Of a DNA stretch of 64,000 nucleotides, positions 9,622-17,892 are shown piece after piece. The notes below the pieces were generated by a model, which searched no databases, was not told the origin of the DNA, and saw only the letters and a program-made list of their open reading frames with translations. The translations under genes and the position numbers were made by a program. Each line of letters starts with the position of its first letter. Positions within the stretch are counted from its first letter, which is position 1. This stretch comes from Blastocatellia bacterium (GTDB taxonomy: Bacteria; Acidobacteriota; Blastocatellia; UBA7656), in assembly GCA_049273855.1 (NCBI GenBank), contig JBASRN010000012.1, forward strand, positions 4,666 through 68,665, written 5' to 3'.

Positions 9622-10488
9622 GTGAATATGGATGAGATCCACTCGCGGCGACTGGAATTCGGACGACTTACAACGGAGGATCCGCGACAGTTCTTTCCGC
9701 ACGAAGGGAAAGATTTTACTCCCTGGCTCGCGGCGAACATAAGCCAGCTGTCCGAAGTGATAGGGATTCCGCTAAAGGTGCAGCAGGTAGAACAGAGAGT
9801 CGGGAACTACCTATTGGATATCTATGCGCGAGACGAGAACAATGAGTCAGTCGTCATCATAGAGAACCAATTAGAGGAAACCAACCACAGGCACCTTGGC
9901 CAGCTCATGGCCTATGCGGCCGGTCTCGATGCTAAGGTTATCGTTTGGATAGCTACGCAGATCCGGGATGAGCATCGGGTCGCGGTCGAATGGCTTAACA
10001 AGAATATGAGCGACGAAGTCTCATTCTTTTTGATTAGGCTGGATGTAGTTCGTATAGGAGACTCTCAACCTGCGGTGCAGTTCATCTCGGAAGCCGAGCC
10101 AAGTCAGTTCGAGCGCACCCTTGATACGATCATCGCCAAGGCACCTTTTATAACCCCGACGAGAGTAGTTTGGAGCGACGCTCCGGATAATCAAGTGCCC
10201 GTCTCTAGCTGGAAAGCTGTCCTCCGGTGCACGTTAGACCGAGCCATACGAGAGAATGTTAAGCTCGAAAGTCTTCCATTGAGAACAACCCGGAATGCAG
10301 AGGAGGGCGAGGAGTATCACTCATCAGCCTACTTTGAGGCGCAGCAACTGTATGTGGACACTCACGGTAACGCCAAGGGGACGAGGGGAAAGGTGAATAG
10401 CGTGCTAAGGAGTATGGGTAAACCGGAGGGCTTTTTGAGAATAGAGTGCAGTGATGGAACAGTTTTTTCTCTACCCGGGCAACCATAG
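9622..10488 (+). CDS. Hypothetical protein with predicted restriction-endonuclease-like (PD-(D/E)xK-type) N-terminal fold
   Basis: The core is LLDIYARDENNESVVIIENQLEETNHRHLGQLMAYAAGLDAKVIVWIA. It has a D ... E-N-Q arrangement where E-x-K is expected, in a beta-strand/helix context. Third gene of the inserted cassette. Followed by a weak GC hairpin plus TTTTT at about 10490-10510. Confidence 0.45.
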   Translation: MNMDEIHSRRLEFGRLTTEDPRQFFPHEGKDFTPWLAANISQLSEVIGIPLKVQQVEQRVGNYLLDIYARDENNESVVIIENQLEETNHRHLGQLMAYAAGLDAKVIVWIATQIRDEHRVAVEWLNKNMSDEVSFFLIRLDVVRIGDSQPAVQFISEAEPSQFERTLDTIIAKAPFITPTRVVWSDAPDNQVPVSSWKAVLRCTLDRAIRENVKLESLPLRTTRNAEEGEEYHSSAYFEAQQLYVDTHGNAKGTRGKVNSVLRSMGKPEGFLRIECSDGTVFSLPGQP

Positions 10489-10560
10489 GCGGAGGCAGCG
10501 CCTTTTTGATTCAGCAACGCCAGCCCTAGTACGCGATCATTTTACGCAGGAGAATCGAAT

Positions 10561-11736
10561 ATGAAAGACGCAGTGATAGTTTCAGCAGCAAGAACAGCGG
10601 TCGGCAAGGCACCGCGCGGAACACTCAAAGATACGCGGCCCGACGACATGGCTGCAGCAGCGATGAAAGCCGCGATGGAGCGCGCGCCGATTGATCCGGC
10701 GATGGTCGAAGACGTGATCGTCGGTTGCGCCAACCCCGAGGCCGAATCAGGAATGAATGTCGCGCGCCAGGCCGCGTGGCTTGCGGGAATTCCGAAGGAA
10801 GCTTCAGCCGTGACGATAAATCGGTTCTGCTCATCAGGGCTCCAGGCAATCGCGTTCGCGGCCGAGCGAGTGATGTGCGGCTGGTCGGACTGCATCGTGG
10901 CAGGCGGAACCGAAACGATGAGCTTGATTCCGATGGGCGGTCACAACATTCGGCCGAATCCTACGCTTGTCGATTCGTGGCCCGACTTCTATCTGAACAT
11001 GGGGCTTACCGCGGAAAACCTGGCGAAGAAGTACTCGATCTCCCGCGAAGAAGCCGACGCTTTCTCGCTTCGGAGTCATCAGAAAGCGGCAGACGCGATT
11101 TCTGCCGGCAGGTTCAAAGACGAAGTCGTGCCGCTGCAGGTCAAGACCATCGAGTTGGACGCGAAAGGGAAGCGCTCGGTGAAAGAAACCGTGTTCGACA
11201 CCGACGAAGGCCCACGAGCCGACACGTCGATGGAAGCGCTCGGGAAGCTGCGCCCGGCGTTTCACGCGCGAGGCTCGGTGACTGCAGGCAACTCGTCTCA
11301 GATGTCTGATGGCGGAGCGGCGGCGGTTGTGATGTCCTCGGATCGCGCGAAAGACCTTGGCGTAAAGCCGATCGCTCGATTTGTTGCTTATGCGACTGCC
11401 GGTGTATCGCCGGACTTGATGGGGATCGGTCCGGTCGCCGCGATTCCGAAGGCGCTCAAGATTGCGGGCTTGAAGCTCGAGGACATCGACTTGATCGAGC
11501 TGAACGAAGCGTTCGCCGCTCAAGCGCTGTCGGTGATTAGAGAGCTTGGCATCAATCAGGACAAGGTAAACGTGAACGGTGGCGCGATCGCGCTGGGGCA
11601 TCCGCTTGGCTGCACCGGCGCAAAGCTCACCGCGACGATCCTAAACGAAATGCGAAGGCGCAGTGCGCGCTACGGCATGGTGACGATGTGCGTCGGCGGA
11701 GGGATGGGTGCTGCCGGCATTTTTGAATTGCTCTAA
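10561..11736 (+). CDS. fadA: Acetyl-CoA C-acyltransferase (3-ketoacyl-CoA thiolase)
   Basis: Thiolase motifs [26 protein letters not shown] and [19 protein letters not shown]. Confidence 0.9.
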   Translation: MKDAVIVSAARTAVGKAPRGTLKDTRPDDMAAAAMKAAMERAPIDPAMVEDVIVGCANPEAESGMNVARQAAWLAGIPKEASAVTINRFCSSGLQAIAFAAERVMCGWSDCIVAGGTETMSLIPMGGHNIRPNPTLVDSWPDFYLNMGLTAENLAKKYSISREEADAFSLRSHQKAADAISAGRFKDEVVPLQVKTIELDAKGKRSVKETVFDTDEGPRADTSMEALGKLRPAFHARGSVTAGNSSQMSDGGAAAVVMSSDRAKDLGVKPIARFVAYATAGVSPDLMGIGPVAAIPKALKIAGLKLEDIDLIELNEAFAAQALSVIRELGINQDKVNVNGGAIALGHPLGCTGAKLTATILNEMRRRSARYGMVTMCVGGGMGAAGIFELL

Positions 11737-11784
11737 AGGTAGGAGTGCCTCTTTCGAGGGTTTGTCGGATAAATGGGTTTCTCC

Positions 11785-11870
11785 GCGCAACCTCAGCGTA
11801 CTTCGCATCTCCGCGGTGAATTCTTTCGCGAATCGGCTCACCGCAGAGACGCCGAGCACGCTGAGGTTGC
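11785..11870. repeat. Nested inverted-repeat element in the fadA-fadE intergenic region
   Basis: Outer arms CGCAACCTCAGCGTAC (11785-11800) and GCACGCTGAGGTTGCG (11855-11870). Inner arms CTCCGCGGTGA and TCACCGCAGAG. Central palindrome TTCGCGAA. Confidence 0.6.
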
Positions 11871-11985
11871 GCAGAGAGAAGTAGACTGCGAACTAGCCCT
11901 TCTTTTTGACACGCACCTTCGAGCGGAATGCTCCAATAGATCGGGGGCCGCCTGAAGGCGGTACTCCAAACTCAAGGAGACGACT

Positions 11986-13770
11986 ATGGCTAGCGTTGTA
12001 GACACCAGGAAGATTGTCAAAGGCGGAAGCTTCATACTCGAAGACCACCGTCCCGAAGACGTGTTCACGCCGGAAGACACCAACGACGAGCAGCGAATGA
12101 TCGCGCAGACGGCGGCAGAGTTCTCTCAAAAGGAAGTGATCCCGCTCGATGCCGAGATCGAAAAGAAGTCTTATGAAGTACACCGTAGCCTGATGCTCAA
12201 AGCGGGCGAGCTGGGGCTTTTGTCCATCGACATTCCAGAGCAGTACGGCGGCGCCGGGCTTGATTTGCTCAGCTCGCTGATGGGCTCCGAGAATCTGTCG
12301 GGGCAGGCGTCGTTCTCAGGAACGGTCGGAGCCCACACGACTATCGGCACACTGCCCATCGTCTACTTTGGCAATGATCAGCAGAAGAAGAAATACCTGC
12401 CGAAGCTTGCGACGGGCGAATGGATCGGCGCCTATGCGTTGACCGAATCGGGATCGGGCTCGGACGCGCTTGCCGCCAAGACGACTGCGAAGCTGACCGA
12501 GGACGGCACGCATTACATCCTCAACGGCCAGAAGATGTGGATCACGAACGCGGGTTTCGCGGACGTGTTCATCGTCTTTGCGAAGGTTGACGGCGATAAG
12601 TTTACCGGCTTCATCGTCGAGCGCAACTTCCCAGGCGTTTCGATAGCACCCGAAGAACATAAGATGGGGCTGAACGGTTCTTCGACTTGCGCGGTGAATC
12701 TCGAAGATGCGCGCGTGCCGGCCGAGAACCTGCTGGGTGAAATCGGCAAGGGTCACCACATCGCTTTCAACATTCTGAACATTGGCCGCTTGAAGCTAGG
12801 GGTCAGCTCGATCGCGGGCGCGAAGCGGTTGACCGGCATCGCGACCGAGTACGCGAAACAGCGCCATCAGTTCGGCGTCCCCATCTCATCGTTTGGATTG
12901 ATCAAGCACAAGATTGCCGAGATGGCTATTCGCGCTTATGTCGGGGAGTGCATGATCTACAGGACGGTTGGGATGATCGAAGAAGCGCTGTCGGCTGTCG
13001 ATCGCAACGTGCCCAAGGAAGCCTTGAAGGCGATCGAGGACTACGCCGTCGAGTGTTCGATTATCAAAGTCACCGGAAGCGAGTATCTGTCGTACGCTTG
13101 CGACGAAGCAGTGCAGGTGTTCGGGGGGAACGGTTACTCGAGCGACTACCCGGTTGAGCGCGCTTATCGCGATTCGAGGATCTCGCGCATCTACGAGGGG
13201 ACGAACGAGATCAATCGTTTGATCATCGCGGGCCAGTTCTTGCGGCGCGCAGCCAAGGGTGAGAACACTCTATTTGCGGCGGCTAAGAAACTGCAAGACG
13301 AGTTGCTTTCGCCTTCGATGCCCGACGACGCGCCGGAGGGAGTGTTTGCCTCAGAGCGCGCAGCGTTGACAAGCTGCAAGAAAGCCATAGTGGCGGTTCT
13401 CGGTTCGGCAGCGCTTAAGTACAGAGACAAGGCGACGCAGGAACAAGAGGTTCTTGCAGCGGCAAGCGACATGATCATGGATGTGTTCGCGATGGAGAGC
13501 GCGATACTCCGGACTGAGAAACTTGCGGCTTCGAAAGGCGAAGCTAATTGCGCTTTGCAGATTGATGCGGCGCGGGTCTTTGCAAGCGATGCGATCGAGC
13601 GGATCGAGCGCAACGCCAAGCACGCGCTTGCGGCGATGGCCGAGGGCGACGAACTGCGCACGATGCTAGCGATGCTTCGTCGATTCATGAAGTTCACGCC
13701 GGTGAACACGGTGGCTGCGCGCCGCAAAATCGCCGAGTCGATCACCGAAGCCGGAAGGTATAACCTGTAG
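11986..13770 (+). CDS. fadE: Acyl-CoA dehydrogenase, long FadE type with C-terminal extension (594 aa)
   Basis: ACAD N-terminal, middle and C-terminal domains are present (YALTESGSGSDA, QVFGGNGYSSDYPVERAYRDSRISRIYEGTNEI). AAGGAG SD. Confidence 0.9.
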   Translation: MASVVDTRKIVKGGSFILEDHRPEDVFTPEDTNDEQRMIAQTAAEFSQKEVIPLDAEIEKKSYEVHRSLMLKAGELGLLSIDIPEQYGGAGLDLLSSLMGSENLSGQASFSGTVGAHTTIGTLPIVYFGNDQQKKKYLPKLATGEWIGAYALTESGSGSDALAAKTTAKLTEDGTHYILNGQKMWITNAGFADVFIVFAKVDGDKFTGFIVERNFPGVSIAPEEHKMGLNGSSTCAVNLEDARVPAENLLGEIGKGHHIAFNILNIGRLKLGVSSIAGAKRLTGIATEYAKQRHQFGVPISSFGLIKHKIAEMAIRAYVGECMIYRTVGMIEEALSAVDRNVPKEALKAIEDYAVECSIIKVTGSEYLSYACDEAVQVFGGNGYSSDYPVERAYRDSRISRIYEGTNEINRLIIAGQFLRRAAKGENTLFAAAKKLQDELLSPSMPDDAPEGVFASERAALTSCKKAIVAVLGSAALKYRDKATQEQEVLAAASDMIMDVFAMESAILRTEKLAASKGEANCALQIDAARVFASDAIERIERNAKHALAAMAEGDELRTMLAMLRRFMKFTPVNTVAARRKIAESITEAGRYNL

Positions 13771-13858
13771 AGAATTGCGGATTGCGGATTGGGGATTGCG
13801 GATTCAATCGAAGCCGTGCCCCAAAAACTTCGCAATCCGCAATCCGCAATCCGCAATA
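13771..13858. repeat. Long hairpin built from tandem heptamers (ATTGCGG)n and their complement (CAATCCG)n
   Basis: 5' arm ATTGCGGATTGCGGATTGGGGATTGCGGATTCAATCGAAG. Loop CCGTGCCCCAAAAA. 3' arm CTTCGCAATCCGCAATCCGCAATCCGCAAT. Ends at the ATG of the next gene. Confidence 0.65.
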
Positions 13859-14802
13859 TGAAAGTTCACCGAATAACCGTACCGACTCCTTTCTATGTCG
13901 GGCCGGTTAACGTTTACCTGATCGAAGAGGACCCGCTGACGTTGATTGACGTCGGGCCGCGCCATGACGGCTCGCTTGAGGCGTTGAGGTCGGGCCTCGC
14001 TGGTCTTGGTTACAAGCTTTCAGACATAAAGCGAATCATCATCTCGCACGCTCACGCGGACCACTATGGGCTCGCAAGGGTCGTGGTCGAGGAATCGGGT
14101 GCGACTGTGCTAATCCACGAGTGGGACGCGCCTGCGGTTTCAGCCAACACGGACTATCGCGCTTATCGTGAGTTGCTGTCGCAGGCGGGCGTGCCGCCGG
14201 AGGCCATCGAGCGAATGGAGGCGGGCTACGAGAAGTTCAAGGGTTTCGCGCATCCGCTCGAGCATGTGGAGACGGTGAAAGACGAGGACGAGATCCTGTT
14301 CGAGCATGAGAGTCTCACTGTAGTGCACACACCAGGTCACACGCCGGGCTCGATCTGTTTGGTGAGGACCAGCAACCGGCTGGTGTTCGCTTCAGACACC
14401 GTGCTCAAAAACATCACGCCCAATCCGGTGCTGAGTCCGGATCCAATAGACGAGAAGCGGCGCTTCCAATCGTTGGGAGAATACCTTGTTTCGCTCGCCC
14501 GAATCCGATCGCTCGCGCCGACTGTGTTAAAGGGCGGCCACGGCGACGACGTCACCGATTACGACGAGCACTTCCATCGGCTGTATCGGTTCACTCAGAT
14601 GAGACAATCCAAGTTGATGGGCTTGCTGCCCCGAGAAGGGATAACTGCGTGGGAGGCTTCGAGTTTGTTGTTCCCGGAAGCGAAGGGCTACCATCGCTTC
14701 CTCGCGCTCTCGGAGACGGTGGCCCATCTCGACTACGCGGTTGCTGAAAGCAAGCTAGCGAGTGAACGAAGATGTGGTCGTGACCTCTATCGCCTGCCTT
14801 GA
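13858..14802 (+). CDS. MBL-fold metallo-hydrolase
   Basis: Metal-binding motifs ISHAHADHYG and HTPGHTPGS. Start placed at ATG 13858 (MKVHRITVPT..), immediately after the hairpin. Confidence 0.8.
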   Translation: MKVHRITVPTPFYVGPVNVYLIEEDPLTLIDVGPRHDGSLEALRSGLAGLGYKLSDIKRIIISHAHADHYGLARVVVEESGATVLIHEWDAPAVSANTDYRAYRELLSQAGVPPEAIERMEAGYEKFKGFAHPLEHVETVKDEDEILFEHESLTVVHTPGHTPGSICLVRTSNRLVFASDTVLKNITPNPVLSPDPIDEKRRFQSLGEYLVSLARIRSLAPTVLKGGHGDDVTDYDEHFHRLYRFTQMRQSKLMGLLPREGITAWEASSLLFPEAKGYHRFLALSETVAHLDYAVAESKLASERRCGRDLYRLP

Positions 14803-15701
14803 GCATAGGTATCGCTGGGCGATGGTCGCAAGTGGGAATCCATGGACATACTACCAAATATCGGCTTTTCGTAAAGAAGGGCCTTGGCCGATCCTTGTGC
14901 CGTATAACGAAGAAAGGCCTGAGGACCCAATGCATGGTAATGACGGTAAACCGTTAGATAGATGGAGTAAATTTGACAAGTACGTCCGACCTGTTGTGGA
15001 AGACATAAATCCAATCTCATTTCTCGGGCACTCTTTCGTCTTGATACAGCAAAGAAACAAGGAATCGAACAGCTCACAAAGTTGTCGCAGCTTTGCGATC
15101 AATTGGAATCAACTATTTCTTTACTCGATGCGGCCTTGGAGGATACGCCCTTAGTGAGGTTTGAAAGGACAAACATCGCTATTGTCATATGGCCAAAACA
15201 GGAATATGCGAGCGAAATCAAACAACTCACGCGCGAATTTCGCAAGCTGCATGCCGCTTGGATAGCATGGGTAGAGATTGTGCAATAGAGCGTGCACATT
15301 TCTTGACCGTCTCTGAATATGACTACACAGGCCGTCAGCCTCGGCAGATGGAGCGGCAAAAAGAGAAGATCAAAGACCAACAAGATCGAAGAACCCAATA
15401 GCCGTAGAAAGGTCAAACGAAAGAGGAAAGCAAAAGGATCAAAAAGCAGCAAACGTGATAAGGTCAGAAGAGATTCATCACGAGCAAAGCGCACGGGAAT
15501 ATCAGAGAATCAGGCTAAAGGGTCCGTTCCGGCTCCGATGCGTTTGGTTCGAGCTGAGCGCCAACTTCCCCGATCTGAGGGTTTAAACAAACCGAGGGCC
15601 TCTGTTCAAAACGTTGAAAGACAAGTGGGAGAAAGGTCGATTGCGATAACTGGAACACTACATAGTGTTCAGTTGAACGCTGTAGATTCTTGAGTCTCAA
15701 A

Positions 15702-15785
15702 GAGTTTCGAGATAGCCGGATCGCCGATGGCGAACTTAACGCCGTGGGGGGTGAGCCGTCGCCGACCTGCTTGGTGGTCTCCTAG
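15702..15785 (+). pseudogene. Start-less fragment homologous to the 5' region of an AMP-dependent ligase gene
   Basis: Encodes KEFRDSRIADGELNAVG.., which parallels AVEFRDSRVTYSELRSKV of the intact ligase at 16348. No start codon upstream (TAG at 15663). Shares an 18-nt perfect identity (GAGTTTCGAGATAGCCGG) with 16435-16452. Confidence 0.4.
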
Positions 15786-15857
15786 TTCGGTTAGGACACC
15801 ACCACCTGCTTGCTTGTCTTTCTATGGCATGTAATCATCTGGCATTCGGAGGTTGCT

Positions 15858-16064
15858 ATGAGATTTAACATAACGCTCGACAGAGATGAAGATGGTGTCT
15901 GGATTAGCGAGTGTCCTTCTATACCCGGCTGTGTGAGTCAGGGAAAAACCAAGGAAGAAGCCGTTGAGAATATCAAAGATGCTATCGCGTTGTGTCTTGA
16001 AGTGAGGGCCGAAAAGGGGTTGCCTTTGACCATCGAAACGCAGCAGGTAGAGGTTGCGGCTTAA
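15858..16064 (+). CDS. hicB: HicB-family antitoxin (UPF0150)
   Basis: MRFNITLDRDEDGVWISECPSIPGCVSQGKTKEEAVENIKDAIALCLE is the canonical HicB / RNase-H-like fold sequence. GGAGG SD 4 nt upstream. Confidence 0.8.
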   Translation: MRFNITLDRDEDGVWISECPSIPGCVSQGKTKEEAVENIKDAIALCLEVRAEKGLPLTIETQQVEVAA

Positions 16065-16285
16065 TGCCTTCGCTTCCGGTTCTAAGCGGGCAGGAAGTTG
16101 TGCGCGTCTTTGAGTCCTTCGGTTGGAGCCTCGCGCGTCAGAAAAGCAGCCACATCATCATGACCAAAGAAGGCGACGCTGCGACGCTCTCAATTCCTAA
16201 TCACAATGAGGTAGCGCGAGGAACGTTGCGAAGTCTAATCCGTTCTGCAAATCTCACGGTGGATGAGTTCGTCAAAGCGATCTGA
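16064..16285 (+). CDS. hicA: HicA-family mRNA interferase toxin
   Basis: LSGQEVVRVFESFGWSLARQKSSHIIMTKEG is the canonical HicA (YcfA-like) sequence. 1-nt overlap with hicB. Confidence 0.8.
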   Translation: MPSLPVLSGQEVVRVFESFGWSLARQKSSHIIMTKEGDAATLSIPNHNEVARGTLRSLIRSANLTVDEFVKAI

Positions 16286-16347
16286 GACTCACGCCAACCA
16301 CCGCTGGATTTGATCCACTCCGGTAGCTGACATATAATCGCCGCCGC

Positions 16348-17892
16348 ATGTCAGTCGATCCCTCGCAGTTCAATCTCGTGCAGCACTTTCTCGGGAATGA
16401 GCGGCTGCACCAAATCGGCGATCTCATAGCCGTCGAGTTTCGAGATAGCCGGGTCACTTACAGTGAGCTTCGCAGCAAGGTCGATCAATGGGCGCGGTTG
16501 ATCGTGAACCGGGGGGTGAACGAGGGCGACCGCGTGGCGCTGTTGCTCTACGACTCGCCTGAGTTCATCGCATGTTTTCTTGCGACCCTCTCAGTCGGAG
16601 CCGTCTGCGTTCCGATCAACACGTTTTTACCTGCTAGCGACGTCGCATTCATACTCGCCGATTCCGGTGCTCGACTGCTGATCGTCGAAAGCGAACTCGA
16701 CGACAAGGTGAACTTGAGCCGAGGCTCGCAGCCCGGCTGCAACATCCTGAAGGTGGATACACCCACGCGATCTTGTTCGGAGCGAGGGGATGATGACGTT
16801 AAGCAACAGGCGCGGGCGGCGACGACGCGCGAGAGCCCCGCCTTTATCTTGTACACTTCGGGCAGCACCGGAGCACCTAAGGGCGTGCTGCATCTGCACG
16901 GCTCGATTCCGCATACCGTCGGAAGCTATTGCAAGTCCATTCTGCGCCTGACGAATCAGGACCGAGTTTACTCCTCATCGCGGCTCTTCTTTGCCTACGG
17001 ACTTGGAAATAGTCTTTCGTTTCCGGTCGCCGCAGGCGCTACGGTGATTCTCGATTCCGCGCGCGCGACTCCCGAGCGCATTGCCACTCTGTTCGAGGAG
17101 CAGGCGCCAACCGTCTTCTTCGGGGTGCCCGCAGCGTACCTATCTTTGTTGGAGCATTGCGCGAAGGGAGGGGCGTTGAACACTTCGAAACTTCGTCTGT
17201 GTGTGTCGGCAGGCGAGGCGCTTCCCGCGCGTATCTTCGAGGACTGGCAGCGTGAGGTCGGCCTGACAATTCTTGATGGCATCGGTTCGACGGAGATGCT
17301 TCACATCTTCATTTCCAACAGGGAGGGAAAAGCGCGTCCCGGTTCGAGCGGAACGATTGTGCCCGGATATGCCGCGCGGCTCGTTGATGATCAGGCTTCG
17401 GACGTCGAGGAACTCGGGGACCTCTGGGTCCGAGGCTCGAGCGCAACCGCCGGCTATTGGAACCGGCCCGAGTTGACTCGGGAAACGATTCAAAACGGAT
17501 GGGTGCGCACGGGCGACATCTATCGGTGTGAGCGGGATGGTTTCTTCTATCACGTCGGGCGGTCGGACGACTGCTTTAAAGTGCGCGGCTTATGGGTCTC
17601 ACCGATCGAGGTCGAAGGGGCGCTGCTGGCACACGATTCAGTAGTGGAAGCGGCGGTGGTTTCGGCTGTAGACAAAGACGGGCTGGCAACTGCAAAGGCT
17701 TATGTGGTCATCCGAGCAGAGAAGCAAGACGGGCTAAAGAACGAGTTGATCGGTTTCGTGGGTTCGCGGCTCGCTTCGTACAAGGCGCCGTCGCAGATCG
17801 AGTTCATCGACGAGATGCCTCGCACTGCTACGGGAAAAATTCAGAGATTCAAGCTCAGGGGGCCTGCAAACTCGAGCGGGGAAATAGGATGA
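16348..17892 (+). CDS. AMP-dependent synthetase/ligase (aryl/benzoate-CoA ligase-like, 514 aa)
   Basis: AMP-binding motif ILYTSGSTGAPKGVLH. Motifs GSTEMLHIF and GWVRTGDIY are present. C-terminal Lys motif PRTATGKIQR. Confidence 0.8.
   Translation: MSVDPSQFNLVQHFLGNERLHQIGDLIAVEFRDSRVTYSELRSKVDQWARLIVNRGVNEGDRVALLLYDSPEFIACFLATLSVGAVCVPINTFLPASDVAFILADSGARLLIVESELDDKVNLSRGSQPGCNILKVDTPTRSCSERGDDDVKQQARAATTRESPAFILYTSGSTGAPKGVLHLHGSIPHTVGSYCKSILRLTNQDRVYSSSRLFFAYGLGNSLSFPVAAGATVILDSARATPERIATLFEEQAPTVFFGVPAAYLSLLEHCAKGGALNTSKLRLCVSAGEALPARIFEDWQREVGLTILDGIGSTEMLHIFISNREGKARPGSSGTIVPGYAARLVDDQASDVEELGDLWVRGSSATAGYWNRPELTRETIQNGWVRTGDIYRCERDGFFYHVGRSDDCFKVRGLWVSPIEVEGALLAHDSVVEAAVVSAVDKDGLATAKAYVVIRAEKQDGLKNELIGFVGSRLASYKAPSQIEFIDEMPRTATGKIQRFKLRGPANSSGEIG

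Noticed and set aside
10725-11601. Long antisense or alternative-frame ORFs inside the thiolase gene
   Set aside because: High-GC frame artefacts. The thiolase frame has full-length motif support.
15082-15288. 68-aa helical ORF in the AT-rich island
   Set aside because: It starts at TTG with no convincing RBS and has no recognisable family. Kept only as part of the island finding.
15319-15693. 124-codon ORF encoding an extremely K/R-rich product (..KKRRSKTNKIEEPNSRRKVKRKRKAKGSKSSKRDKVRRD..)
   Set aside because: It arises from a purine-rich low-complexity DNA stretch in the AT-rich island. It has no SD, no domain and composition unlike the rest of the genome. More likely non-coding decay.
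17592-17888. Long N-terminal extension of the Ycf48-like ORF overlapping the ligase gene
   Set aside because: It lies in a different frame inside the well-supported ligase coding region. The signal peptide begins at ATG 17889.
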